DNA from: the human T2T-CHM13v2.0 reference genome, Homo sapiens
DNA: 64,000 nt
Reading direction: 5' to 3' (one strand)
Assembly (NCBI RefSeq): GCF_009914755.1
Contig: NC_060935.1
Positions 25,468 to 37,820 of the stretch are shown here, one piece after another. Under the pieces are notes generated by a model that saw only the letters and a list, made by a program, of their open reading frames with translations, did no database searches and had not been told where the DNA came from. The first letter of the stretch is position 1. Each line of letters opens with the position of its first letter. The position numbers and the translations under genes were made by a program.

Positions 25468-25850
25468 ACTCTAGAAGTTAGCTACTAACCTGAATTTTGT
25501 CTTAATTATCTCTTTGCCTCTTCAAAATAGTTTACAACATATGTAGGTAACATGTATTTTTGAAGTTTAAATACTCTTAACAGTATTTTTAAAGTTCTAT
25601 TATTTTTATATAAAAGGAGTCCTACTTGGTTAATGTTTACTTGAAAATTATCCATGATGATACCTGTATCTGTAGTTATCCATATCTAATGATGAACAGT
25701 GCTCTAATTGTAGCAATATACTACACATTTTTTGTCCCTTGTTTTTAACATTTGGTTTTCACTTAAAAAATTGTTTTTTGCTATTATCAAACAATTATGG
25801 CATGAATGTTTCTATTCATGTTTTCTGGTGCACATGTACGGCGGTTCCAT
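25468..25850 (-). mobile_element. Old L1ME 3' fragment (other half at ~18300-18612), host of the L1PA15/16
   Basis: Degenerate L1M 3'UTR motifs (CTACTAACCTGAATTTTG...TTGCTATTATCAAACAA...GGTGCACATGTAC). Confidence 0.45.
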
Positions 25851-25902
25851 TTCAGAGCTACCAGATTTTAATTAATCAAGGAGAGTAAGTCTGACAATAC
25901 CA

Positions 25903-26743
<841 letters not shown>

Positions 26744-28074
26744 CCCAGTGTTTGGGAGGATAAACTGTAGTGGGAGTTCTCCTATCCTGCTGGCATTCAT
26801 GTAATTTATTTAATAATTTTGGCAATTAATTATTGCATTATCTAGTAAGCTCCAGGATTATTGTTTATTACTCCTTGCCACAAATTTTTCAGGGGCAGAT
26901 CTTGTAGGGAGGATATCTAGGAAAGCCTGTGATTGTTTTCTGCTTTACCTATGCCACGGTAGGTTCATGCCTGATTCTGGGATGTAGTATTAATAAGTCA
27001 TCTGTTCCCATGTACAAGGAATAGCAGGTAGAGAGCTGGCATTTCCACCTCCACCAGTCTCACTCCATATGTACTTCTCTACCATTTCATAAGTAGCACT
27101 GGGAAAAGCATTTTAGTAATTGGGCTTCCTCATATCACAGCAGCATATTGTTTAATGTCTGTCTTTATGTCTAAAGATAATTTCTTTTCTTTGATATCAG
27201 GCATCACATCAGTGTAATTCAGTATAGCACTTAGAATGAGGTCAAGGCATTTTATCAGTGATTATCAGACTGACTCGTGGAATGAATGAATAAAAGAACA
27301 TTTTCCTTTTGAAAGAACTAAGGGACCATGCCATCAAAGTGAGGCGCTGTCTTGTTCTTTAGGTTGCTGAGATATTTTTGGCTGTGACCCATTTTATTTT
27401 TATACTATACTCTAATCAGCAACTTTTGGCTCACGTTCACATGGTGTATGTGTTCTTTTGCGCTGACTATGACGCTGAATAATCACTACTCACTAGTAGG
27501 TATCACCTCTTTCTGGATTGTCCTGAATGGTGACCTCTATAAAGACAAAGGCAGCAGAATGAATTCGCAATCCTGCCTACTTAGCATCTTAGCAGTGGAC
27601 AGTTGGTTTCAGGTTTTTGGCACCCCCAGCATTTTTCTTTCATTCTGATTCATACAATGGAATCCACTGAGAGCAAATACATTAGCAAGGACATTTGTAA
27701 AACTACCCTTTCTGGAAAACTGTAAAATAAAAAATTAGGTTTTCTTTCTCTTACGGGGAGAAATCTGAGCTAGGCAGCTTCTTCCAGAGGATACTGCTAT
27801 TTATAGAATTCCAGAAAATTAGGTATTTTAAAACTTTTTCAGAACTTTTAAATGTTCTGAAAAATTTCCTACATTTGCTAAAGTAGAGACAATAGCATAA
27901 TAAAACTTAGGTGCCACCATCCTCGTGAAACTAGATGCTAGAGGACTACAATTTGAATGGTGGGACACTGAGCCAATCAAAAGGTCAAAGGTATAGGTTC
28001 TGATATTATATGTTCCATCTTTCTAGAATATGGTGGTTATAGATTAATAGCTATGAGATCAGAGTCAGAGATTA

Positions 28075-28230
28075 AACAATAACTCTGTGGGATTGTAGTA
28101 CTATCATTATTTATTGTCACCTATGAGGATACAGGAGAAAGGAGGGTTAGTAACTGGCACAAGGTCACAGGACTTGTAAGTAGTGTAGAGGGCTTCGCAG
28201 ATCAGCATCATGAGCTCACACTTTCACCAT
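28075..28230 (-). mobile_element. MIR fragment
   Basis: GGTTAGTAACTGGCACAAGGTCACAGGACTTGTAAGT. Confidence 0.6.
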
Positions 28231-28345
28231 CCTCCCACTCAGCCTCACTCCTGTCCTCAGCACACACACACCCACTCATTGCTTCTTATTTGTACCTGAG
28301 ATCCCCTCTTTTATGGTGTATGGCCTCTTTGAAATCCCTAGGTTC

Positions 28346-28653
28346 AGCTGGGTGCAGTGCCTCATGTCTGTAATCCCAGCACTTCGGGAGGCCAAGGCAG
28401 GAGGATCACTTGAGGTCGGGAGTTCAAGACCAGCCTGGCCAACATGGAGAAACCCCCTCTCTACTAAAAATCCAAAAAAATTAGGCGGGCATGGTGGTGG
28501 GCGCCTGTAATCCTAGCTACTCAGGAGGTTGAGGCAAGAGAATTGCTTGAATCTGGGAGGCGGAGGTTGCAGTGATCCGAGATCACGCCGCTGCACTCCA
28601 TCTTGGGTGACAGAATGAGACTCCATCTTAAAAAAAAAAAAAAAGAAAAAAAA
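28346..28653 (+). mobile_element. AluS (Sp/Sq/Sx-like)
   Basis: Full dimer plus poly(A). TSD GAAAT(C/T)C(C/T)TAGGTT at 28331 and 28654. Confidence 0.93.
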
Positions 28654-28741
28654 GAAATTCTTAGGTTTTCCATTTCCTTTTTATCTTGTTTATTTCTCCA
28701 GTAAAGATCACTTGCCCCATGCCTTCTGGAACCCATGATAA

Positions 28742-29042
28742 TTTTTTTTTATTTCCTTTTTGGAGACGGAGTCTCGCTCATTTTCCCAGGCTGGAGTGCA
28801 GTGGCGCAATCGCAGCTCACTGCAACCTCCGCCTCCTGGGTTCACGCCATTCTCCTGCCTCGCCTCCCGAGTAGCTGCGACTACAGGTGCCCGCCACCAT
28901 GCCCGGCTAATTTTTTGCATTTTTAGTAGAGATGGGGTTTCACCATGTTAGCCAGGATGGTCTCAATCTCCTGACCTCATGATTTGCCCTTCTCGGCCTC
29001 CCAAAGTGCTGGGATTACAGGCATGAGCCACCACGCCTGGCC
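28742..29042 (-). mobile_element. AluY-like
   Basis: GTTCACGCCATTCTCC and GTTAGCCAGGATGGTCTC diagnostics, with many retained CpGs. Confidence 0.9.
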
Positions 29043-29359
29043 AATAATTGTTATTTTTTTATGTTTACTTTTGGATCATTGTTCTGCCATATGACTTAAT
29101 TATTATCTTTCAGTTGTTATTCCTCTGCCTATGGCATCTATTTTTATTTTTTGTCATATCTTGCCTTTTCCTTCTTTCCCTTTTCACAATTTCCTACTTT
29201 TTCTCTATCTGCTATTAGCCTTTAACATTTGTGTGTTGATGACCCTTTGACCCCTCTAGCCTTATAATTTATGTATCTATGCCAGGGCAAGTATTCAAAA
29301 TTCTCATAATCAATAATATTTTCTACCATTTTACACTTAGACATTCACAATTATAGCTA

Positions 29360-29611
29360 TGGAGAGTGGAACAAAGCCTAGTGATAAAGAATACTGACTC
29401 TGAAATTAATAGATATAAATTAGAAAATGTGGCTTACTACCTACTTGGCCTTGGGAAAGTTGCCCTTTGTAAACCTTAGTTTATACAGATGTAGGATTTA
29501 CTTAGAGTATCTTCATAATATAGTTATTAGAACTAAGTGAAAAATTATCTGGTAAGAGTATAGCAAAAAGCTTGGAATGTTGTAGAAATCCTTAGTAAAT
29601 ATTGGCACTAA
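29360..29611 (+). mobile_element. MIR, near full length
   Basis: GCCTAGTGATAAAGAATACTGACTCTG...GGCCTTGGGAAAGTT...TAGTAAATATTGGC. Confidence 0.65.
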
Positions 29612-32420
29612 GAATGTGTGTACATAAATTCTTCAGTCCTTAGAATCACTCAACCTTTAAGCTCTATTATCATGCTTTTTATGACCACTTCTATGCCTCT
29701 TACTTCTACTACTTACTCACTACAAATGAATAGTGATGTTCTACACTCACAGCACTTTTTGGCTATTGTTTTAATTTATCGCTCCTTCTGGACTCAACAG
29801 TCTCTCTCCACTTTGTAAGCCATTTTCATAATGTGCTTGCTAATAAGTACCACTGAGTCTCCTGTACTCTTGACTTTCTGTGCCTAGAAATTCTTCAACT
29901 TCTGCTGTTATCTTTCTTTTAGTCAAAATTTCTTAGTCTATATATCTTTTGAAAATTTTTATTTTTCTTAACGAATATGCACATACTTATGCTATTTAAC
30001 TTCGTCTGATTCTTCGTGGGTGCCCAGAATTATTCACTTTAATTGATTCCAAATAAGTTGAATCTGAATATAATTTTTCCAAATTTTCAGTTTTTCTCAA
30101 ATCACCAACAATGCTTAGTAAGTATTAGGACAATTGGATGAGGATACCATGTCTCTTTGTGATTCTTATTACAAAACACATCATCTCTCTTATTCTAACT
30201 TCTACTTCGTTACCAAGATATTGTTCCATCTTTCCAAATTCTGTGGGGTTATTTTTCCTATTAGACATTTCTGAAAGCAAAGATACCAATTGCAACTACT
30301 GTTTAAAACAACCATAAAGTTATTATTTTTTATGGAAGGAACACTCACTACCAAGGAATATTTTATGTATCCATTTTTTTCTAATACTATCTTTCTGTGA
30401 TCTTCAGTCTTAGTAAGGATAGCCTCTCTCTGTAGCCATAATTGCAAAATTCCTTTATCTGGTGGTGTTTTTTTTTGTTTTCACTAGACAGTAAGGGCAT
30501 TTATAATCCCCTCCCTTTTGCTCTGTCCCTTTTGGTCTTATAATCTGTCCCTTTTGCTCTTTCACTAACATTAAGCCACTACTACCGTAATCCCTACTAT
30601 TATGCTAGCCACACAGAATATAAATACACACAATCTCTAATTTCAAGGTCCTTACAACTGATAAATGCCATTCCAATAATATTTCAGTGTAAATTATTCA
30701 TATGTTTTCTTCCTGTATTTAAAATCTTGATTAATTCTATTCAATATCAACCCCATCTCATCTTTCTCCTCTTCAGCAAAGAGGAAGTCTAAGCCAGATC
30801 TGTAGTCCATGTGATCTGGCTTAGTCATTTCACAATTCTAAACCAAGGAGCCTCTCTCTCCTATTGGAGTTTAGAAGTCATACTTTCTGCAGTTGCATAG
30901 TTGGGCATCAAATGAATCAGTTTCTAACATTTGAGAATGGAGTAGTAAAAAAATATTTCAGCAATAAGATCTAGATATCATTTAAGCATTACTTTCTCAA
31001 ATGGAAGGGGAAAAAAGATCTTGATTGGTCTCAAGAAATGCACAAATCAGAGAATGGGCTGTTTTGAGACATTCTTACAAGGTCACCTACAGGAAAGCCC
31101 GGCCTACAGAGGATGCTGCTCTTTATTTATGGAACCAGTGAGCTGCTTGTGAAAGACTGGCTGGAAAAAAATAGAAAGCCTGGAAAAAAAAAAAAAGGAC
31201 AGAAAATGCTGTCTTCTTTTTGACTGGGAAGATCACAACTTTTAGCTTGCCCTCGTTTTGCCCTGGGACTGCCACATCTGCAGGTGAGACTTCCCAGAGT
31301 CTCATGTAAAACGATAGACAGATGGAAGTTCTAACCTTTAAAAAGGGTAGACCACATCTAAACAGTTGGGAATTTAATCAATTAAAAGATAAAGGAATTT
31401 ACCCAGTGGTCTTTTCTCCTGAACAGGATGATCTTTTGCCTACAGGCATGCAAAAATTACTTTCTTTAGTTATTTTTAGGTCCAGTCTAAAAACAGAGAA
31501 GACATTGGCCAGAATGTCAGTTGACAGTTGTCTTCAATTAGTTCTGATACATAAGTGAGTTTTCAGAAAGGAAAAAAATAAAACTTCTATAGTATAGTTT
31601 CATTCGGAAACCTAAAAATACATTCCTAGCAATTTGGGTAGGAAAAGAAAGCTCTCTGCAATAAAACTGCATGTTTTGCAAAGTCCTTACCTTTTTGGTA
31701 CTTTGAAAGCTTAAAAATTAAATCTGCTTTAAACAAAAATATTTCAGCTCATGTAACCTCTGTAAAAGGTGCTGTTGAGAAACGAATTAATAAAAATTAA
31801 CTTTGCTAGAAAAATCTGTAAAGAAGAAAAAAGGCATGTGCAAGTGGTTAATGTAAGGCTTGTGTGTTTGAGTAAAAGTACTACTTAGGGCAAGCTGTCA
31901 CCTAATAATGGTTATGCAGGGTAGGAGGGCCTCCACTGTTATACTTCTAATCCTCTTTTGTTTTGCTACTCAAATCAAAATATATACTTTTGATAATAGC
32001 CAATTGCTCTTTTACTAAGAGATAATCTCTACCTATAGAAATGTATTTTGAAAATACTTATTTTACACAGCAATTTTGTCCATTTAAACTAATCTTTTAT
32101 CAATAAAACACTATTTAAATATTTTTAAAAATTAACAGATTAACAGTATGCAATGTTTTTCTATTTCTAACAAATACATTAAGCAGAGCATACTCATCTA
32201 TCTCAAGTATGTTGAGTACTGTATCTTGAATTCCAAGCCTCTGGTGGACTTAAATAATTATTAACTATCGGGTGTTGGCATATCTACAGATATTTAAATA
32301 ATGGTTAAGGTGATGAAGATGGAAACAGGTAGTTGAAAGAAATAACAGGCAGCGCCCAGTGACTAGCTGAGTCTGGAAAGACTCTTGAGAGTGGGTTAGA
32401 TCTGTGGTAGGTGAAAATGC

Positions 32421-33192
32421 TGATATGGGAGGGGTCAGGGAAATGCTGGCTAGAGAAAGGCCTGGTCTCTGTCTAGGGTTCCAGCCCCAGGCTTGTGCCC
32501 ATGGACCTTAGTGAGGACAGGCATTTCCGTTTTCCTGCCCAATGTTGCATTTCCCAAGACCACCCTGGCCCACCATGCCCCGATCCTGTGCCTATAAAAC
32601 CCCCCGAGACCCTAGCGGGCACGCACACAAGCGGCTGGACTTCGACAGGAATGCACCAGTGTAAGAGCACACCGATAGATGCTGGCAGACCATCAACCAG
32701 TGGAATGAGGCGGAGTTTAGTGGGGGCAGTTGGAGGAGAGCCTGGGCTGCTGAGCGGCCCAACTCCGGGAGAAAACCACTTTCACACCCCATCTGCCTTC
32801 TGGCTCCCCCACCTGCTGAGAGCCACTTCCACTCAATAAAAGCTTGCACTCCTCCAAGCCCACGTGTGATCTGATTTTTCCAGTACACCAAGGCAAGAAA
32901 CCCCTGGATACAGAAAGCCCTCTCTCCTAGTTCAATTAGGCAGGGGGCCTAATTGAACTGACTAACACAAGCTGTCTACAGATGGATAAACTACAGATGG
33001 AACATACTATAACACATGCCCACTGGGGCTTCAGCTGTAAACATTCACCCCTAGATGCTGCCGTGGGGTCGGAGCCCCACAGCCTGCCTGTTTGCATGCT
33101 CCCTAGAAGTTTGAATGGTGGGGCACTGAAGAAGCGAGCCACACCCCCATAACATGACCTGCGAGGGGGACAAGGGAACTTTTCCCGTTTCA
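32421..33192 (+). mobile_element. ERV1 solo LTR, LTR1B-like (HUERS-P2 group)
   Basis: TGATATGGGAGGGG...TTTCCCGTTTCA termini and a 4-bp TSD (ATGC/ATAC). TATA box CCTATAAAA at ~32591; AATAAA at ~32835. Confidence 0.85.
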
Positions 33193-33196
33193 ATAC

Positions 33197-33330
33197 TACA
33201 TTTTAAACACTACTAAGAAGAGATCCTATCTGTTCATCTACTACTCCACGTCTAGTACCTAGCACAGTACTTTGCACATGGTGAGCATAAGATAAACATT
33301 TGTTTAATGGATAAATAAATGAATGACTGG
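33197..33330 (+). mobile_element. L2 3' end
   Basis: AGTACCTAGCACAGTAC...ATTTGTTTAATGGATAAATAAATGAATG. Confidence 0.6.
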
Positions 33331-33699
33331 AGTGGAGTCATTTTATTTTGATATCATGAAATTCCCTAAAGTCTCCATGGTAAGCATTGGGCTGCCAGAG
33401 GTCATTGTTCCTCTCAGGGTGTCATGATAACAGAGGAACAGCTCTGGAAATGTTGTTCCCCAGGACTCAAATAATATTTTTTTAAATGTATTTTTCTGTC
33501 ACCTCCTAGTTTATTTTAATCTATATATCAAGAAGTCTAGAATTTTTGGAAAGTCTTTCCTACTATAGATTTGGTAACAAATTCTGTTGTTTCTACCCCT
33601 TAACTACTTCTTAAGTATGTTTCTTTTTTACCATTTTTATTCCTGATCTGTAACATGTGATCAATAAATGCATTTTGAATCAAAGAATGAATGGATTAG

Positions 33700-33920
33700 A
33701 AAGCTCATCCAACCCACGACCTGCAGGCCACATGCAGCCCAAGATGACTTTGAATGTGGCCCAACACAAATTCGTAAACTTTCTTAAATCATTATGGGTT
33801 CTGTTTTGCAATTTTTTTTTAGCTCATCAGCTATCATTAATGTTAGTGTATTTTATGTGTGGCCCACGACAATTCTTCTTCCAATGTGTCCCAGGGAAGG
33901 CAAAACATTGGATTCCCCTC
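33700..33920 (-). mobile_element. MER30 (hAT-Charlie MITE)
   Basis: TTTGAATGTGGCCCAACACAAATTCGTAAACTTTCTTAAA...AGCTCATCAGCTATC...CCCAGGGAAGGCAAAACATTGG. Confidence 0.88.
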
Positions 33921-36802
33921 AGTTAGAGAATATCATGACCCTAATTCAAGCATTCACTGAAAGGCTTGATGAAGGAAGGTAGCCTTGCATAAATACATTT
34001 TCCTACTTTATAGTTTTGTTCTTTGTGTACTGAAAATCAAGGTGGAAGAGGAAATTTTCCTAGTTATTTTTTTGTCCTCTCCAACTCCCTTACATGCCTG
34101 GTTTGATATTCCTATTTGTATGTCTTAGGGCGACCTCAAATTTAACTTTTAGGGCAAATTTACCATCTTCCCTCCTATTTCTGTTCTTTTCTGATTCCCT
34201 TATGTATGTTAGTACATAATTTTTTAGGCACTACACCTCTAAAATTGGAAGCCACATTTGATCACAGTCCCCAGTGGAATCAGTTGCCAGAATTTCTTAA
34301 TACACTTATGACACCATTTCTTCCTTTCTGTTCCAACTGCTTTCACCCAGGCCTATGTTTCAAGCCTAGATAATTGAAAAATTCATAATTGAACTCTCTG
34401 CCTCTCAAAATTAGACATGTTTACCTGGGCTGCAACTATGGGGCGACTTCAGTAATCACAAGCCTTTTAGCATTCATTTGTCTTTGGCATTTAAGGTTAT
34501 TTAAAATTTGATGTAGCAGTTTTTTTCTCTGTCTTCAGTTACTGCCCCAAAGGAAACTTTTGCCCCATTCAAACTTGACCATGGACACTTTGACATCAGG
34601 CCCAAGACTACCCTTTCTCAGGAATAATATTCCACTCTCATACTGCCACCTGTTTAAACAACTGAGTTTGGCTACTTGTAGGTACATTATGAAAAATAAA
34701 AGTAAATACTCTAACTGCAAATGCAGCCTGAATTTATTGTAACACAATTTGAGCAGGAAGAAAGTAACAAGGGAAATGACTAATACTTGAATAATTTGCT
34801 GCATATACAAATAGCACAATAATTGGCTCTGAGACTGGGGGAAAAAGATCATAAAAATCTTTTGCAACACTCCCAATTATGCCCCAAATTGAAAACTAAG
34901 AGTTTATGGCTGATAAAAAGAAGTGTAATTCAACAATTCTGTCTTTCGTGGATAATGGATGGGAGAGGGAGTCAAACTCTGCACATATCAGCTTTCTGGT
35001 GTGTGATAAAGGACATTATAAATGTATTTACTGAATTGCAACCTATTCTGTTATTTATAAAGAAAAAATGTCTGATTCATCTCTTATTTGCAATGAAAAT
35101 ACAGCAAAACTATTTTAAAGAGTCCTATCAGGAAGATCTGAGTGTGTATTCCCTGAATGTTTGGAATCGAGTCTTTTAGAACTCATCATAGTTTTTCCTA
35201 CCACAACCAGAAACTACTTTAGGGAAAGAATAGTTTCAGAGGAAAGTCTTATTTTTCCATAATTGTGGGTTACAGTTATAAATAAACTGTGTCTACATGG
35301 AGGATCACATTAAACTAGGAAAGTATTATATTATGCACAGAGCTAAACTAGTGCATTTGGACTATATTCTATTTGTGTTCATTTCAGTGACAAATGCAGA
35401 GCATTTTCCCTCTGCTGACCCAATGCCAGTTTCAAATTCAATTAAATTTATTAATGAAAAATCAAAATTAACTGTGAGTTATTTTTGCAAGTATTTCAAT
35501 TAATATCAAATTCAAAAGCTAGACTAAATGGGGATTATTTAACGTGTTCTGAGATGAAATCATACATTGCCAGTAGTAGAAAAGGGGGTATAATCAGGTG
35601 GTAAAAATACATTAGGGTTTAAAAAAGTTTTAAAAAGTATTGTCATAATTATAGCAGCTTTACAACATAGAATATTTAAAATTAAACAATAGCCAACAAA
35701 AAAGTCGAATATTTAGCAAGCACATAGGAATTTGACAAGGAAGTTTTGATTTCTAAAATACACGTTTTGGTCTGATCCATTTAAAAGTTAATGTTTTGAG
35801 TTATAACGTTTGATGATGTGAGAAATAACTTCAACTGAAAAGAAGAAACAATAATAGGCTAATGCAGTTTCTCATTTTAGCACTTCCTTTTATGGAGTTA
35901 AATATCTATAATGGGTATACTTTTGCTATCATGAAGTCAATAAGTTATTTTCACTGTATTTTGTAAATGTCATCTAAGTTACAGGGTTTTGGAACAGGCA
36001 TTTGAGGAACTGAGTTAGATAGGCTCTATTAGGGGAACACTAACCTAAAAATGTGACATGTCCATTTGAGAAATATGGATGTTGAGGTAAACTCATTGGC
36101 AGGTTTGGGGACAAAGCGCAGTCATGCCAGTGGAGCCTGGCATCTGAAGAGAAACCTGCTAGGGGCCGCTTGGTAGCCTTGACAGAGAACAGGTTAATAA
36201 CAGGGAAAGGCATGGAGGGATGAGCATCATACTGAGCAGCCTAAAAGCAAGAAATTCGCAAAGGTGGACTCAGACAGCTTTGTGATCAACATCAAAGAGG
36301 TTTGATAGCAGAGATAGCCCCATCTATATCCTATGGTGTGCAACAACACCATAGTTCAGAGATCTGTAAACATTTTTTGAATGCGTGCCACTAACAATAA
36401 AACAAAAACAAGCATTCACATTCAATATGTATATATTTGTTTATGTAATATAAATATTAATGATAGGAATTAGTTAATATCCAATGGCACAATGTATAAT
36501 AAAGTAGGAGTTCATCATTAAAAATAGTCAATCCACATTTTAGGTAGTCTTGATGGTTTGTTTTTGCAAATTTTTTGTTAGATATGATGAAATCATTATT
36601 TCATCTTTGATATGTAGCTTAGGAAGAGCCTGTATTTGTCTTTGCCATTTTCTTGGTTTTCTCTGATGCTTTATGAATATTACTTTCAATTCTTGGTTCA
36701 TTTGGATTTAAATTCCTTTTTGTAATGGTTACTTTGAACCAAATAATGTAATCTGTAAGTTCATTTAACTGTCCACATGCAAACTTCATTTTTGAAATAT
36801 GC

Positions 36803-37660
36803 AACTTTTATTTTAAGTTCAGGGGTACATGTGCGGGATGTGCAGGTTTATTACATAAGGTAAACAAATGTGTGCCGTGGTGGTTTGCTGCACACATCAT
36901 CCCATCACTTAGGTATTAAGCCCAGCATCCGTTAGCTATTCTTCCTGATCCTCTCCCTCCTCCCACCTCTTGCCCTCTAACAGGCCCCAGTGTGTGCTGT
37001 TCCCCCCACCATGTGTCCATGTGTTCTTATCATTTAGCTCCCAATTATAAGTGAGAACATGCGGTATTTGGTTTTTTGTTCCTTCATTAGTTTGCTGAGG
37101 ATAATGGCTTCCAGCTCCATCCATGTCCCTGCAAAGGACATGATCTTGTTTCTTTGTATAGCTGCGTAGTAATCCATGGTGTATATGTAACACATTTTCT
37201 TTATCCAGTCTATCATTGATGGGGATTTAGGTTGATTCCGTATCTTTGCTATTGTGAATAGTGCTGCAGTGAACATACAAATGCATGTGTCTTCATAATA
37301 GAATGATTTATGTTCCTTTGGGCATATACCTGGTAATGGGATTGCTGGGTTGAATGGTATTTCTGCTTCTAGGTCTTTGAGGAATCACCACACTGCCTTC
37401 CACTGGTTTAACTAATTTACACTCCCACCCACAGTGTAAAAACATTCCTTTTTCTCCACAACCTCGCCAGCATCTATTATTTTTTGACTTTTTAATAACA
37501 GCCATTCTGGCTGGTGTGAAATAGTATTTCATTGTGGCTTTGATTTGCATTTCTCTAATGATCAGTGATGACCTTTTTTTTTTTCATATGTTTGTTGGCT
37601 GCATGTATGTTTCTTTTGAGAAGTGTCTGTTCATATCCTTTGCCTTCTTTTTAATGAGAC
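36803..37660 (-). mobile_element. L1PA11-13-like 3' end
   Basis: TTTTAAGTTCAGGGGTACATGTGCGGGATGTGCAGG...GGTATTAAGCCCAGCATCC. ORF2p C-terminal remnants at 37034-37550. Confidence 0.88.
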
Positions 37661-37662
37661 TA

Positions 37663-37820
37663 AGGTGTGTGCCACCATGCCCAGCTAATTTTTTGTATTT
37701 TTAGTAGAGACGGGGTTTCACCGTGTTAGCCAGGATGGTCTCAATCTCCTGACCTCATGATCTGCCTGCCTCAGCCTCCCAAAATGCTGGGATTACAGGC
37801 GTAAGTCACCATGCTGGGCC
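37663..37820 (-). mobile_element. AluY-like left arm plus linker only (right arm and tail missing)
   Basis: GTGTGTGCCACCATGCCCAGCTAATTTTTTGTATTTTTAGTAGAGACGGGGTTTCACCGTGTTAGCCAGGATGG...GGGCC. Confidence 0.88.

Noticed and set aside
24158-25481. Dense overlapping ORFs in GC-rich segments (also 38800-42100 and 32470-33190)
   Set aside because: They are stop-poor L1 5'UTR or LTR sequence with no coding signature.
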